DNA of 64,000 nt. Source: Geosiphon pyriformis uo1 (lineage: Eukaryota; Fungi; Glomeromycota). The notes under the pieces were generated by a model. It had not been told where the DNA came from. It did no database searches and saw only the letters and a program-made list of their open reading frames with translations. Every line of letters starts with the position of its first letter. Position 1 is the stretch's first letter. The DNA lies in contig JAAOMT010000602.1 of NCBI GenBank assembly GCA_016748015.1, forward strand, positions 633,696 to 697,695, written 5' to 3'. A program made the position numbers and the translations under genes. Positions 28,954 to 42,900 of this stretch are shown piece by piece.

Positions 28954-31900
28954 ATGGCTCCTAACAAGCGGAATCGACACATAACTTCTGAAAATGAAGA
29001 AAGTGGACCAAGTTCTCTGCAAGAACAGGTTTGCATCGCAGTGAAGCTTTCACCGTGCTCCCTGAGCAATTATTAGGACAAATTGGGTTTTATGCCTTTT
29101 CTTGAGTACATTAGTTAAAAACATGATTATTAAAATTTTAATAGCGCCGTACTCGCTCAAAACGAGCACGTCATACTGAGACTGACGAAGAATTCGAAAG
29201 TGTTAAAGCTGAAGAAAATGAGAATGAGTTCTTAGAAGAGGATGACGACAACAAAATTATTGATTATAATGAAAATGATCTTGACGCCGCTGCCGAATGG
29301 GAGCGAAAGCGAATGAAGAAACCTGGGACAGTTGGGGTATGTTTGCTGGCTAAGGGTTGGTCCTTGAAGCAAAGTTCAATAAATGGTGATAGAATTGAAC
29401 TATCATAATCTACTTACTTCTTCAACCCTTCAGGCTACAGCTGAATCTGGTGTTATGGAATCGATTGAGCTTGTCAATTTCATGTGCCACAAGTTCTTGA
29501 AGGTTAATTTCGGGCCCAAGATCAATTTTATTATTGGGCATAATGGAAGTATGCGAATGAGGTTTTCCATCTGATCTTGTTTTTTTGCTATTCATATCTT
29601 ACGAATATTATTTTACCTCATTTTTAAATTCCGATTTGAAGGCGGAAAAAGTGCTATATTAACTGGAATAACTGTTTGCCTTGGTGGTAAGGCTAACACT
29701 ACTAATCGCGCTTCAAATTTGAAAGCATTGATCCGGGAGGGTGCGAGGCATGTTTTCAACATTTGATAAAGGCTTTCATTTTCCCCTTCCCAAAACATGA
29801 ATTGAAATTTTATTGCTGTAATCCAATTACAGCGCTGGTCTTGTTAATGTGAGACTTCGAAATGGAGGTGACGATGCTTATCGACCCGATGTATATGGTG
29901 ATGCCATTCAAATTGAACGTCGGATAACTCGTGATGGAACTAATGGATACAAAATCAAATCTGCGGATGGAAAGACTATTTCCAGCAAGCGTGAAGAATT
30001 AACTGCTATTTTGGATCACATGATGATTCAAGTGGATAACCCAATGAACGTCCTGTCGCAGGATACTGCTCGCCAATTTTTACACTCTTCCAGTCCCGAA
30101 GACAAATATAAGGTCATAACAAAGGGCTTTTCACATGATCGCGAATAAACAAATTACAATCCATTTTTAATGGTATTACTTCTGTTCAAATTTATAGTTT
30201 TTCTTAAAAGGCACCCAACTAACACAATTGAGTGAGGATTATGTATTGATTCGCCAAAGTATCGAGACCACTCAAAGGATAATGAAGAGGAAAAAAGATG
30301 TACTTCCGGACCTTTTCAAGGCTGCTAAAGATGCTGAAGACAGATACAAAAACATGCAAAAGGCCCGTGAGCTTGAATTGAGTTTAGATTCGTTAAAGAA
30401 CGAAATGGCATGGGCCCAAGTTGAAGAAATAGAAGAGGCATGAGATTTTTTATAACTCTGCGTTCGAGATTGCTATATATTTTCTCATCTTCGATTGCTG
30501 CTTGAACTCCAATTTATCACGAAGGGGGTAGGGAAGGCCTCGTCGAGATTAGAAATCTGCAAGAAGCGTGTTTCCTCGACCCGAGAGAAATTTCAAGAAG
30601 CAAATGTGAAATCCTTTTACTTCTTTTGAAATCAGATTTAAGCTATATTTCAAATTGTTTCATTTACCAAAATGTTTTACGACGATATATTAATTGACAG
30701 ATTGACTTGCGACAAATAACAGAAGAAGCTTCAGAAATCGATGCTGAGTATCTTGCTCATGATCAAAAAGCCAAACCGTTACAAGATAGAAGAAAAGATA
30801 TTCGAAGATTAATTCAGGAAAAAAAAGACCAATTGCAGGATATACAGGTATTATGCGCTGTTAATCCTCTCATAATTCAAGAATCTTCAGATGTTAAAGC
30901 ATGTCAAAAGGAATAAGATTTATACTAAGAATTGTCGGATGTCACTAGAATGAGCAAAGAGAAATTAATGAAACAATCATTAGGCTAAGACAAACCGTGC
31001 GACAGCATCAGCAAAGAATCGAAGAGGAAACTCGGAAACTTGAATCAGCCAATCGTCAGAAACGTGACGAAGCATTAGCATCAATTAGAAAGACAGAACA
31101 ACAATTAACGGAAACTCAATCCCAACTACAAGAAAGCAGGTTGGAATTGAAAGCTGAAGAAGAATCTATTTTACATGCTCAAAATCAAAAGGAACATCTA
31201 AATGAGAAGGTTCAAGCCACGTTTCGAGAGATGGAACGTCTTCAATCCCTTGTGCGCCAATTGAATGAACAAAAGAGTGATCGGCTAAGAGTTTTTGGTA
31301 ACTCGATGCCTCAAATTAAACAAGCTATTCAACAAGATAACCGCTTCACACAGCAGCCGATTGGGCCCCTAGGCATGTTTGTCAATCTCTTAAGACCTGA
31401 ATGGGCCAGAGCCTTGGACACCGTGATTGGGGGTATAATGGCCTCATTTTCTGTTCAAAATCACGAAGATCGACAAATATTGAGTGAAATTTTGAAACGG
31501 TTCAATTGGTAACATCACTAGCTTTTCTAAATGGCATTTTAGAATGACTTTCTCAATAGTTTTTAATACCATAGTCGCTCGCATATAATTGTTGGCATGA
31601 ATGATCTATTCGATTATTCAGAAGGGGAGCCAGATGGAAAATATCTGACGGTCCTTCGCATCTTGCAGGTAATTTTAACTTGAGTTGTTTGGAATACCTG
31701 CGAAATTCTCATTTTTCAATCAAAAATTTCTCTTGTCGAATATGTAAACAATTAGTTCGAAAACGAACAAGTTAAACGTGTTTTCATTAACGATAAAAAA
31801 ATCGAGAGTACTATTTTGGTGGAGTGCCGTGCTGATGCTGATATGATTATGTACAATCAAGGGAAAGGGTTCCCTCGCAATGTTTCCTCATGCTATACCA

Positions 31901-34349
31901 TCGATGGCTTCAAAATTGGGCATCAGTAAGTTTATATTTTCGTTTAAATTTTAGATAGAATTGAAAAAAATTAAACTTTTCTGATCAAACCATTTATTAA
32001 TTGTGGGTGAAGAGGAGGTGGGTTTTCCACTCAGGCAATGCCCATCCACAAGGGACCTTCGAGATTCACAAAAGATTTTGATCAAGAGATCTGGTGAGTT
32101 TGTTACAAATTATCCCATTTTTGAAAAGCAAAACTATTTTTGCGGTATTGATTCGGTTAATTCTATCGTTTTCTAAATTCATCACAATGGTTTTATAAAA
32201 TAAGTTTACTTAATTTCAACCATTAATTTTAGTCATTATCAAGAAAAGTGGGAAGAGGCCAAAAATGTCAATGCCCGTTGCAAGCAAGAACTAGCCACAG
32301 CAAATGCTGAGTTATCGAGAATGATGACTAGCAAGGAAAAATATAGAGTAAGTTATCTTTAACATTTAGTTTAATAAAAATATCGCACTTCTAAATAGAT
32401 TCATTTATTTTGTTACTTATGGTTTTTAGGCAAAAATTCGTGATTTGTCACATCAGGAGAGCCGATTAAATGCACAACTGCAACACATAAGAGAAGAATT
32501 AAAGGTTTTATGAGGCTGGAAAAGAAGTTGATTCAAAATTTACTTTATTCATTCATATCTTTTGATTCTAGGAAGACGAACCAGCAAACATTGCAGCTTT
32601 GGAGGAAGCCAAGAGGGTAATCTAATTGAAATTATATTTAGTCTAATGATTCATTTCGATTGAAATGAGACTCCATTTTCAACATTTAATTTTTATCACT
32701 TGTGTTTCACATTCTCAAACCACACTGGAACACTAGAATTTGTCACGTTTTTCCAAGTTTTCCTGTGGTTCAGAAATAATATTCACCAACACTAAAATGT
32801 TCTTTATTCCGTATTTAGGGAACAGAACATGAAATCGAAATGTATGTGAATCAATATCAACAAATTGACATTCAACGGGCTCAGATGAATGAGGAACAAC
32901 AACCATTAAGAAGCGAATTGGAAGGGTTGCACAATCAGATTTTGGAGATTTCACAAGAAAGAGATGCTCTTAAGGTATTGATTTATGACAAATTAGCTTT
33001 CTTGTTATAATGCTAATCAAATAAATATCATAGCGACGATGTGAGGAAAAAGTAGCCCTAAGAATGGAAAGCGAGAGCAAGAAAAATCATTGGGAGTCAA
33101 AACTTCAGAAAGAGCAGGCAGACCTGGATGTTGTTCAATCTGAATTTGAACATTGGGAAGCGAAGCTAGCGGTATTTGTATGACTTGCCAAAACCATACC
33201 GTTTATTTCTCTTGTTAAACAATTTGAGGTCACTTGCTAGGAATGCACCAATCAAGCACTAGCCTATTGTCCGGAGCGTGTTCAAGTGACATCGAAGCCT
33301 GATGTTCTTGATCGAAAAATTAAAGGCATTGAAAAAAGATTGCGAGAGAGGGAAAAAGAGTAAGTATATAACAATATGTAATATTATCTATTCGTTTGGG
33401 CTTGATTTAAAACGAACTTTCACAGACAAGGGGCTAGTTTGGAGGAAATTGCATCCGATATGAAAACCAAAAGAGATGCTTTCAATCATGTAAAGGGAGA
33501 AATAGTTAATATGGAATCATTCATAAAGGTTTGTGCCAAATTTTAGGGTCTTCACCTCCTTATATCATAATAATTCATTAAATAATTTTCATAATACTTT
33601 GAAAGGAATTAAGGATTTCTCTCGATCTGCGTATGAAGAGATGGTCCAATTTTCGAACTTTTATCGCAATCCGAGCAAAGCTTAACTTTCAATGGCAGCT
33701 GTCAAAACGAGGATATACAGGAAAACTATTGTTTGACCATAAAGATAATAAATTGAATCTAAGGGTACATAATTTAATTGTTTGTTAATTTCTTAGATTA
33801 GGCAATATATAATTATTTGGTTGCTTTCCTAGGTTCAAATTGACGATCAAACGGAGACAGCAACGGAAAAAGATCCCAAATCCCTTTCGGGGGGGGAAAA
33901 ATCTTTTTCGACAATTTGTTTGCTGTTGGCACTCTGGGAAGCTATGGGATGCCCAATTCGATGGTGAGTTTCAAGATTCTTGGTAACCTGACTTCCAACC
34001 ATTCAAATGATCTCTAATCATATTGTTCGATGGTGCATTTTGTAAAAAGCCTTGACGAATTTGATGTCTTCATGGACGCCGTCAATCGACGCATTTCAAT
34101 GCGAATGATGGTAAAACCTATTTTCTATATGCTACGAAGATCAATCTAGATTCGGAGGCTGACCTATTTTCTTAACTAAATTCCTAGATCGAAACAGCTC
34201 GTGAATCAGATTGTATCCAATACATTTTGATTACACCTCAAGATGCAAGTAGTGTGTCCCCTGGCCCTGATGTACGAGTTCACAGACTTCAAGATCCAGA
34301 ACGAGGACAAGGAACCTTGACCATTCGTGACGAGGATCAAGAGGAATGA
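28954..34349 (+). CDS. SMC6: Structural maintenance of chromosomes protein 6, >20 exons
   Basis: ELVNFMCH..INFIIGHNG|SGKSAIL (Walker A), CLGGKANTTNRASNLK, QVDNPMNVLSQDTARQFL, hinge PIGPLG, LSGGEKSFSTICLLLALWEAM, CLDEFDVFMDAVNR (Walker B), QYILITPQD. Confidence 0.96.
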
Positions 34350-34744
34350 TATTTTTATTGTGAAGAAAGAATCAATTCATATCTAATTAATTGTTTTAAC
34401 TAATCTCACAATGGCATAGAATAAACAGCTTATTATTAAATGGACGAATTTAAGTAACACGTAATGCAAATTTTTAAAACTTCAAAGTCATTTATCTAGG
34501 AATTTTTTGCACGCATCTGCGGATTATAAATTTCGATAACCTTCTAGTACTCTTGGAATTTGCATTTCCTCCCGAGCAATCTTTTGAATTTTCCTATGAT
34601 GCAAGCTGAGTTCGAAATCAGAAATGGGGATATTAAAATGAGAAATTCTTAAACTTATTATTTTATTTTAAATACAACTAATATTTTGGTTAAAATATTT
34701 TATTAAGTTAATTATTATAGAAACTATAAATATAATACAAACTG

Positions 34745-36900
34745 GTTTTATTGATTAACGTAGCAAAGCCCAATTACTATCTACTGCAGGTGGATCCTAA
34801 ATTAAATGTGATTCACGCGCTTTTTACATGTGACCAGACATGAGCCCAGTTTAGGCTAAACTATGTTGAATTTAATGAGAAGAACCTACTCTAAGAAAAC
34901 ATCTTGTCCATAAAAGCAATCAACATATCATTACTGGTAATCATACTATTTAACCACTTGGTAGTTTCATTTGCGCTCGACTTGATACTTGGCATCTGAT
35001 GCTCTTAGAGCCATTATCTAAGCAAACATATCTTTATCAATATTAACATTTGTAATATCTACATTATTATCTTTGATTTTATATTTCATATTAAGTTTAA
35101 CAATTTTTTTATTCAACTTACTAGCAATCTCTCTAAAAATAGTAATCTTATTTTAAAAAGCAATAAATATTTTTTTCAACTTTATTTACATAGCAAAAAA
35201 AGCATTGAACAACTTTGTTACCATAAAAACCAAAACACCAATAGACTTAACAATAGACTTAATTTGCAAAGCTAATTTAACCAGTTTAAATTCCAAAAAA
35301 GTTAATTTAAAACCAATTACATAATTAAATTACAACAGCAACAAAAATAGCAAAAAAACAGCAACAAAAAAACCAAAAAACAGAAATCTTAACATAAGAC
35401 TTAGTATTAATAAAAAAAATTTAAAAATTTAAAACCTAATTATAAACTTAAATAAAGACTTAGAAAAAAAAATAAAAACATTTTAAATAATTTAATTTTT
35501 AATATTTAAAACAGTATTAACAATTAAAATTTTTTATTAAATATAACACTTTTTTAAAATACTGGTTTTTATAATTATAACATTTAGGTTTTTTTGTAAA
35601 CTAAAAGTAATAATTAAATATTATAATTGCTAAAAAAATAAAACAAATATAATTATGAACTTAAAAAATCAACTTTTTGATTTTAAAAATTATACAATCA
35701 AGAATAATTAACCAATTTTATTTTAAAAATATTACAAAAAACAATGACTTTTCTTTAATTATTAATATAAATTTTTAATATTGTTTTTAGTTATTAAAAT
35801 CAATTAATAAATAAAAATAATTATAATTATATCAAAAAACTTGAAATAAACAACAGAATATTGTTAAATATTAACAAATTTCAATGTAATTTAAAAGATT
35901 TTACCAAAAATATTAAAACTGTTTTAATATTAACAATAAAAATACTTTTAAATATATCTTACAAAACAATAATAACAAAAAAAATGCAAATTTAGAAGTT
36001 ATTAAAAACTTACCAATTTTAAAATAAAAAATAAACAAAAATAGCAAGTTTAATCTAAGTAATAATATTTAAAAAAACTTAAAAACAAATTTTTATAAAA
36101 CAACTTTATATTATTCTTAAAAACTAATTTTATATCAATAAAATTATGTATAGATTAAAAAATAGTCTTAATATAAACCAATTTAATCTTAAAAAAATAC
36201 TAAATATTAGAATAAAAATTATTTATTCAAAAAATTTTTAATAAATAATAAATGTTTTTTAAATATTATTAAAAGCAATATTATTAAAAAACAAAAAAAA
36301 AGTGTTTTAATTCTATTAAATTAATTTAATTTTTAAAATTAAGTAATTTAATGGTTTAATTAATTAAATATATGTGTAAAAATATGACTTTTTTTGCTTT
36401 TAAAATCAATAAAAATTGGTTAAAAACCAATATATTAAATAATATAAACAAAAATTAATTTAAAATAAAACTGGTTAACATGTTTTTATTGTTATTGTTT
36501 AAAATAAAGAATTTATTTTTAATTACAATTTTAATAAAACTAATTATTTTAATTGAAATAAATAATATAAAGCTAACAAAAAAACAAAAAAAAACTAGTT
36601 TTAAAACACTAAAATTAACATTAAAAAAAATCTTTTGGTATTTCAAAAAAGTTATTATTAAATACAACAAAGATTTAAAAAAATTATTTTTTGATTAATT
36701 TAGTTTTTTATTTATTTAAATAGTTGTAAAAAAACAATAAAAAAAAACTTAATTATTAACTTTTTATTAAATATTTTGGAATTTTTAGTTAAAAAAACTA
36801 TATTAAAACTATTTAAAATAAATTTTTTTAAAAGAAAACTTTCAATTAAAAATAAAAAATACTTTAAAATTAACAGATAATTATTATATTATTATATTAT
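34745..36900 (-). mobile_element. Heavily decayed ORF1-only LINE derivative (5' boundary approximate)
   Basis: Minus 35296-35210 reads LEFKLVKLALQIKSIVKSIGVLVFMVTKL, matching LEKQISDLAALVRSIAEPVGSLVALVSRL at ~58528; ORF ends in TAG at 34861-34863 directly followed by the LINE 3' tail. Confidence 0.7.
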
Positions 36901-36984
36901 TTAATTTTATATTTATTATATTTATTTTTAATATTATTAATATTAATTTTTTTTAACAAATTAATTTAACAATAAAACAATAAA

Positions 36985-39900
36985 GAAAAAACTTCTTTTT
37001 TTTCTTCATTCCAAATTTCCAAAAAAGAGTCAACATTTTTTGAAAAAAGTTTTTTTTGTTTTATTGCAATATTTTTCACTATTTCTTATAAAACAAACTT
37101 TTTTGTTGTTAAGTTGGCTGTTATTATAAGTAATTTTATACTTAAAAAAAATCAGCTAGAATTCTAATATTAGATTTAGTTAGTGAAAGTCTTGCTTAAT
37201 GACAAAAAACATTTTTGAAAAATATAAAACATTCAGAAGATGAAGCAGATATAAGATTTGGAAAAATTGAGCAGATAGTTAAGTAATTTAATAGAATAGA
37301 TATTAATAAAAAAATGCTAATAATTTTTTCTGTTAATAATAATACTAAATATAAAGCTAACAGTAAGAATAAAAATTATTTTAACTTAAACATAAATACT
37401 TTTAAAGCCAAAAGAATTAATACTAGTAAATTAGTTGGCTTTTCTATTAAAACCTTGGAATACAGTTTGAATAATAATAAAGTTTTGCTTCTTTTTTGTC
37501 TTCTAGTGCCTTTAAATAGGAAATAAATTGATCTTAAGATTACCAAAATTTAAGTAGAAGTAATTATTAGAAAGTTTTTTGCATTGAATATTAATCTTTT
37601 AATTATAAATAATAAATTAGTAACTGTAAAGACTAAAACTTTTTTTATTAATTAATGATTTTAGAAGAACTATTATTTTCTTAAAATTTGAAAAAATCAT
37701 CTGTTTAATATTTATATTGGAAAAAAATATGAAAAAAACTGTATTATTGGCTAAAAATAAAGAGATTATTATAAACAATAATGTTAAAAAACAAAAATTA
37801 TGTTTAAATTAAACTGTAATCATTAAAAAAATTCTTATAAATATGCCAAAAAAAATAATTATCACAGCTTTTTTCAAGTTTGATTAAGTAGTGTTAATCT
37901 GTTTACAATTAATTAGGCTGTGACAGAAAGCTATAGTAAAATTTACCAAATCAAATTAAGCAGATTAATTAGCCTTAAAATAATCATTCCTAATTAGAAA
38001 ATATTCAGTATGAGTAACTAAAACTGTGAAAAATTGTAATACATAAATGTCAAAAGATTAGTTTAAAGCTTTTTTGTTTACTTTTTTTATAAAAACAACT
38101 GTTTATGATCTTGGTATTCTATTAGAAAGAGCTAATAGGAAAACTTGTATTATAAATTAATTATTTAAAACTAACAATAGAGTTTGCTATGTTGTGATTG
38201 GTTTTAAATTAAATAAAAAGCTAAAATTTGCTTTTTATATAAAGCCAATTTTTGGTAATATAAAATTTTCTTGGACTAAAATAGATTTGGTTCAATATAA
38301 TAAATATGAATGTTTTAGTTATTTTGCTTTGAAATATAATGCTTTTGGTTTTTCTATTTTTTTATCTTTAAAAGTATTTAAAAAATTTGTTTTGAATAAA
38401 AATTGCCTTTAGCTAGCCAAGTTGTATACCAAAAAGAATGTTTTTATCTCTTATTTTGTTGTTTTTGGTGGCAAGTTATGGGCTTAAATAGTCTCAATAG
38501 CTTTTGTTTTTAATAATTTGTTCTTTGGTTTTGATTCTGGATTTTTTTTTCTTGGTACTTCAGATTTTAAAGAAAAATCTCCTTTTATTTCAACAGATAA
38601 CTCTTTTTGGAATACTTATTTGGCCTTTTTGGAATGCTTTTTGGAGCTTTTGACAAATCAAGTATCTAGTATTATGCAAAAATTAAGTTTTGTGGATCTG
38701 ATATCTTTGGCACCTACTTTTTAATTTTTCTTTCTTATTATGTTTGTATTATTAAATTCGAATTTGGATTTGGATATGGTTTTGAATAACTTATCTGTGT
38801 TATCTATTCCTCTTTTTTTTAGTTGTAAATAATAAGATTTTAGATTTGTGTTTAAGTAAATCAAAAATTTTGATTATTAAAGTAAATGGTTTGAAAAAAA
38901 AAATAATGGCTTTTAAAATCTTAGTTAATTCAGTTTTGGTGAAGTTAAATTAGTTGTGCTTTGGCTTGAGCTCTCCAATGCTCTTATTGTCTTAATAACT
39001 AATTTGGTATAAAAGTTTGCTATATATAATGTTCAAAGTATTAATGTTTTTGCAAAGCAAGAAGACATTGTTTATTAATATAAGTGTTTGAATAATATGG
39101 TTTCTATTATTACAAAAATAAAGTTAAGATCTAGTGTTAAACCATGGATTATAAATAAGTTTAATAGAATACAAATTTTCACATTTGGTTTAAAAAAAAG
39201 TTTTTTTGGCATTAAAGTGACTATTATTATAAACAATTCTCTGGCTTGGCATGTTTTTAAGATAGAAAAAGTTTCTAGTTGGATTATTTTAATATGGCTT
39301 CTTTTTAAAAACAAGCTTTAGTTACAATTTCGAATTTATATGTTGGTATTTCTACTAAAACAAAATTAGATTAGGCTGTAAAGATTAATTTTTTTATTGC
39401 TAAAGCAATTAACTCTAATACTTTTGTGGTTTTGAGTGAAAATTTTAATAAAGATAAGTTTAGGAAATGTGTGAGTTTTAAGTTTTGTTTGAACTTGGGT
39501 TTGATTAATTTGTTTGGTGAATATTTATTGATCAAAATCTACATTTAAAACAATTTAAACAGTATTAAAAAGATCATAAATTACATTTTTGTTAGCAAAA
39601 ATTTATTATTTATAATTGCCAGTTATAGAGTCAATTCTATGTTTAATTTCTTTAATACTAATTACAAGGCAATTTTAGTTTTAATTAAGTTGAGTGGTCT
39701 TTTAAATGTCTACTTAAATAATATATACAAATAAGCCAACAAAAATAAATGAAAATTAAAAATTAAAAACACTGAAACTACTAAGTAGTTACAGTTTAAA
39801 GAATGTTCTTTGGAAAAATTTTTGTTAAATATGTCAGGTTTCAATGATACAAGAAGCTATACTAATCTAAATATAATGTAAAAATTTTTGAAAAAGATGA

Positions 39901-42900
39901 TAATAAGTTTTACTAATAAGGTTTTCTTTAAACATTGGTTTAGTAAATACAAGTATTCAAAAACAAACAATTATTCAAGTTTTTTAAACTTGAATTATTG
40001 GTGGCTAAAATTATGAAAAATTTGTGTTCAAACTGTTTTAGAAAGACTGATTGTCTTCTTGGTATCTGGATTATTATAGATAAAGAAGAAGATTCTAAAA
40101 TAAAAACTATAATTAACTGTAATAAAAAAACAGATAAGATTATATGTTACTTGTTAAGCATCAAAAAAAATACCACAAATTTAAGTATTATGAATTCAGA
40201 ATTGCTAAAAATACTCTTATTAGAAAAGCAATAGAAAATCATATGGAAAACTTTTGCTTTAACAAAAGACATATAATTAGAAACATCTTAAAACATCTGA
40301 TTTAGAAAGTGATGTTTAACTACTTAGTAGTAAATAATAATTTGGTATTGAAGTCTTGTAAGATTAAGTCTAATATTGATATAATTATGAAAAAATAGAC
40401 AAGAAAATATGTGATGCCCAGTATTTTGTCAAACCAGTAATCTAAACAATATGCTTCTTTAAACTATGTTAATAATTATGTTTTTTTAGAGATAATATGT
40501 GATATTAATCTTGATAATTTTTTACAAATAGTTAAGAATCTGTTTAATAAAAAAGCTGTTGATTTTTTTGGTATTTCCAATGAGCTTTGGAAACATGATA
40601 ATATGTAAATATTGGGTAGTCTATTAGATATTTTCAATATGTATCTAGAGTTAAATACAGTTTTTATACAGTGAAAAAGAGTCTGAATTTCTATAATACC
40701 AAAACCATATAATTAAAAAAAGACTTTTACTAATACTAGGTCAATAGTTTTGATTAAAACAGCCTGAAAAATCTTGTCAAAGTTTCTTTCAAATAGAATT
40801 TCTTTAGTATATAGTAAGTTTAATGTTTTTCATAGTGATAATTTTTCTGTTTTAAAAAACATATTCATTCAAATTCCAATTTTTGCTATTGGCTTTGTGA
40901 TTAAAAATGTATTAAAAAAGAACAAAGAACTGTAGTTGGTTCTTTAAAATATGCACAAAACATACAATTTTGTTAAATAGCATTACTTAAAAAACAGTCT
41001 GACTAAGATTAAAATATGTCTCCACTTTATCTGGTTTTTTGGAAATATATACAATAATTAGATTAATCAAATAATAATAGATTTTGAATTTACAGCAGAG
41101 TATACTGTTTATAATAAACTGGATTAAGGTGAAGTTTTCTTATTACTGCTATAGAGAATTTTTTATGACTCTTTATTTTATGAGATTAAAAAATATAACT
41201 ATATATATAATTACAGAATGAATTCTAAGTTTTTTACATGAACTGATAAACAAAATCTTAGAAATGGCAAAATGTTATTTTTGGTAGCTGAAACTTTTAT
41301 AGATAATACAATTTAAATTAAAAATAACATGACTGCTATTTAATATATTTTGGATATAGCTAGTGAATTTTTTTATATCAACAATATTTTAATCAATATA
41401 GAAAAAACAGTTGCTATTTTTATTAATTGAAAAATAGAAAATTTTTATTTGATAATAAATAAGTCAAACATTTTAATAACAAAAAAAAGTAAAGCTTATT
41501 GATATTTAAGCATTTTTTTGTTTACTAAAAATCTTTTTTGTTCAAGTTTTACTAAGGCACACTCTAAAATAAAATTTTTCACAAATTTGGTACTAAAAAA
41601 AACTGTTTCTAATAAACAATTCCTATATCTGATATCTGTTGTTTTACAATTTATAATTGGTTATAGACTGTAATTTAGTTATATATTAGTAAATATATAT
41701 AAAAAATAAGACAAAATACTAAAAAAAAATTAAAACTTAAGGCCAATTTACCCAAAAAATTTTTTAATAAAGCCATTTTCTATCTTAAATTATATAATCT
41801 TAAAATATTCAATTAAATACAGACTAAAAATTCACTGGCTAATTTAATAATCTATGTTAATTTAGAGGGCATTCTTGGCAATTTGTTTGAACACAGAGCT
41901 ATAGATCTACAAACTGTTAATTAGATGTTCTAACAATCTTTTAGTTTTCTGATTATGCTATCAATTACTTACATAAATTGCTTTTTAGCAAATGTAACAA
42001 ACATTCTAACATTATATGATTTGTTTTTAAGTGATAATATACTTAATGTATTTTAGACCAATAGAAATATTGCTGTCACAAATGTTTTGGATTAAAACAA
42101 TATATGAGAGTAGTAAATTTGCTTAAAAAATTTAGTATTGTTTTTATAAACTAGTTTTTGGACTATTGTAATACATGATTTACATAAAATATGTTTTATA
42201 AATAAAAAAAACTAGATCTTAGAGATCTAATTCCTAAATGGTTTAAATTTATTAAGAATAATAGTCTGAATGGCAGTTTTTTTTATTAACAGCTTAATAA
42301 GTGCAGCTCAATTACTATCTAGTATACAGAGTCAAGACAATAGATCCCAGCTAGACACAATTTATGTATTTACTACATGTAACTAATCATTCAGACTAAT
42401 CAAAGCAATACTACACACTTATATAAACAGTAGCCATATTGTCCAAACCAGAATAAAACAAATAAAACTTATGGAAACCAAAACTGACTCCAAAAGAATC
42501 ATCAATACCAATTAACCTAACCATACTGTTTGACAAATATTGCATTGAGCCACCAGATAAAGTCGGCAAAACTTCTGAATCACCAACCAAATTATTTCTT
42601 TCTATGTTAGTTCTAAACCAGGACCTAAACCCCCATAACTCAGAATAGTAATGCACACATATGTTCCACAAAAAATTAACAAGAATCCAAGCAGCCTCTT
42701 TGTGATCTCTAAATATCTGTACAGCTTCTTCAAACTATTCCACAAGTACAAAGCTCTTGTAAAGTAGAGCATATAAGCCAATATCAGATACATATAAGAG
42801 AAGAGAGTCCAAGACCACAGAAAGAACCAGGAGATAAGAACCAGTCAAGGACCTCTAGACCAACACACGCTCAAACAAAATTTCTTTACAGAAGACAAAT

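Noticed and set aside
36455-37526. Short Lys/Ile/Asn/Phe-rich ORFs (also 46454-46636, 16431-16646, 26083-26328)
   Set aside because: Composition artefacts of AT-rich or decayed DNA and UTRs
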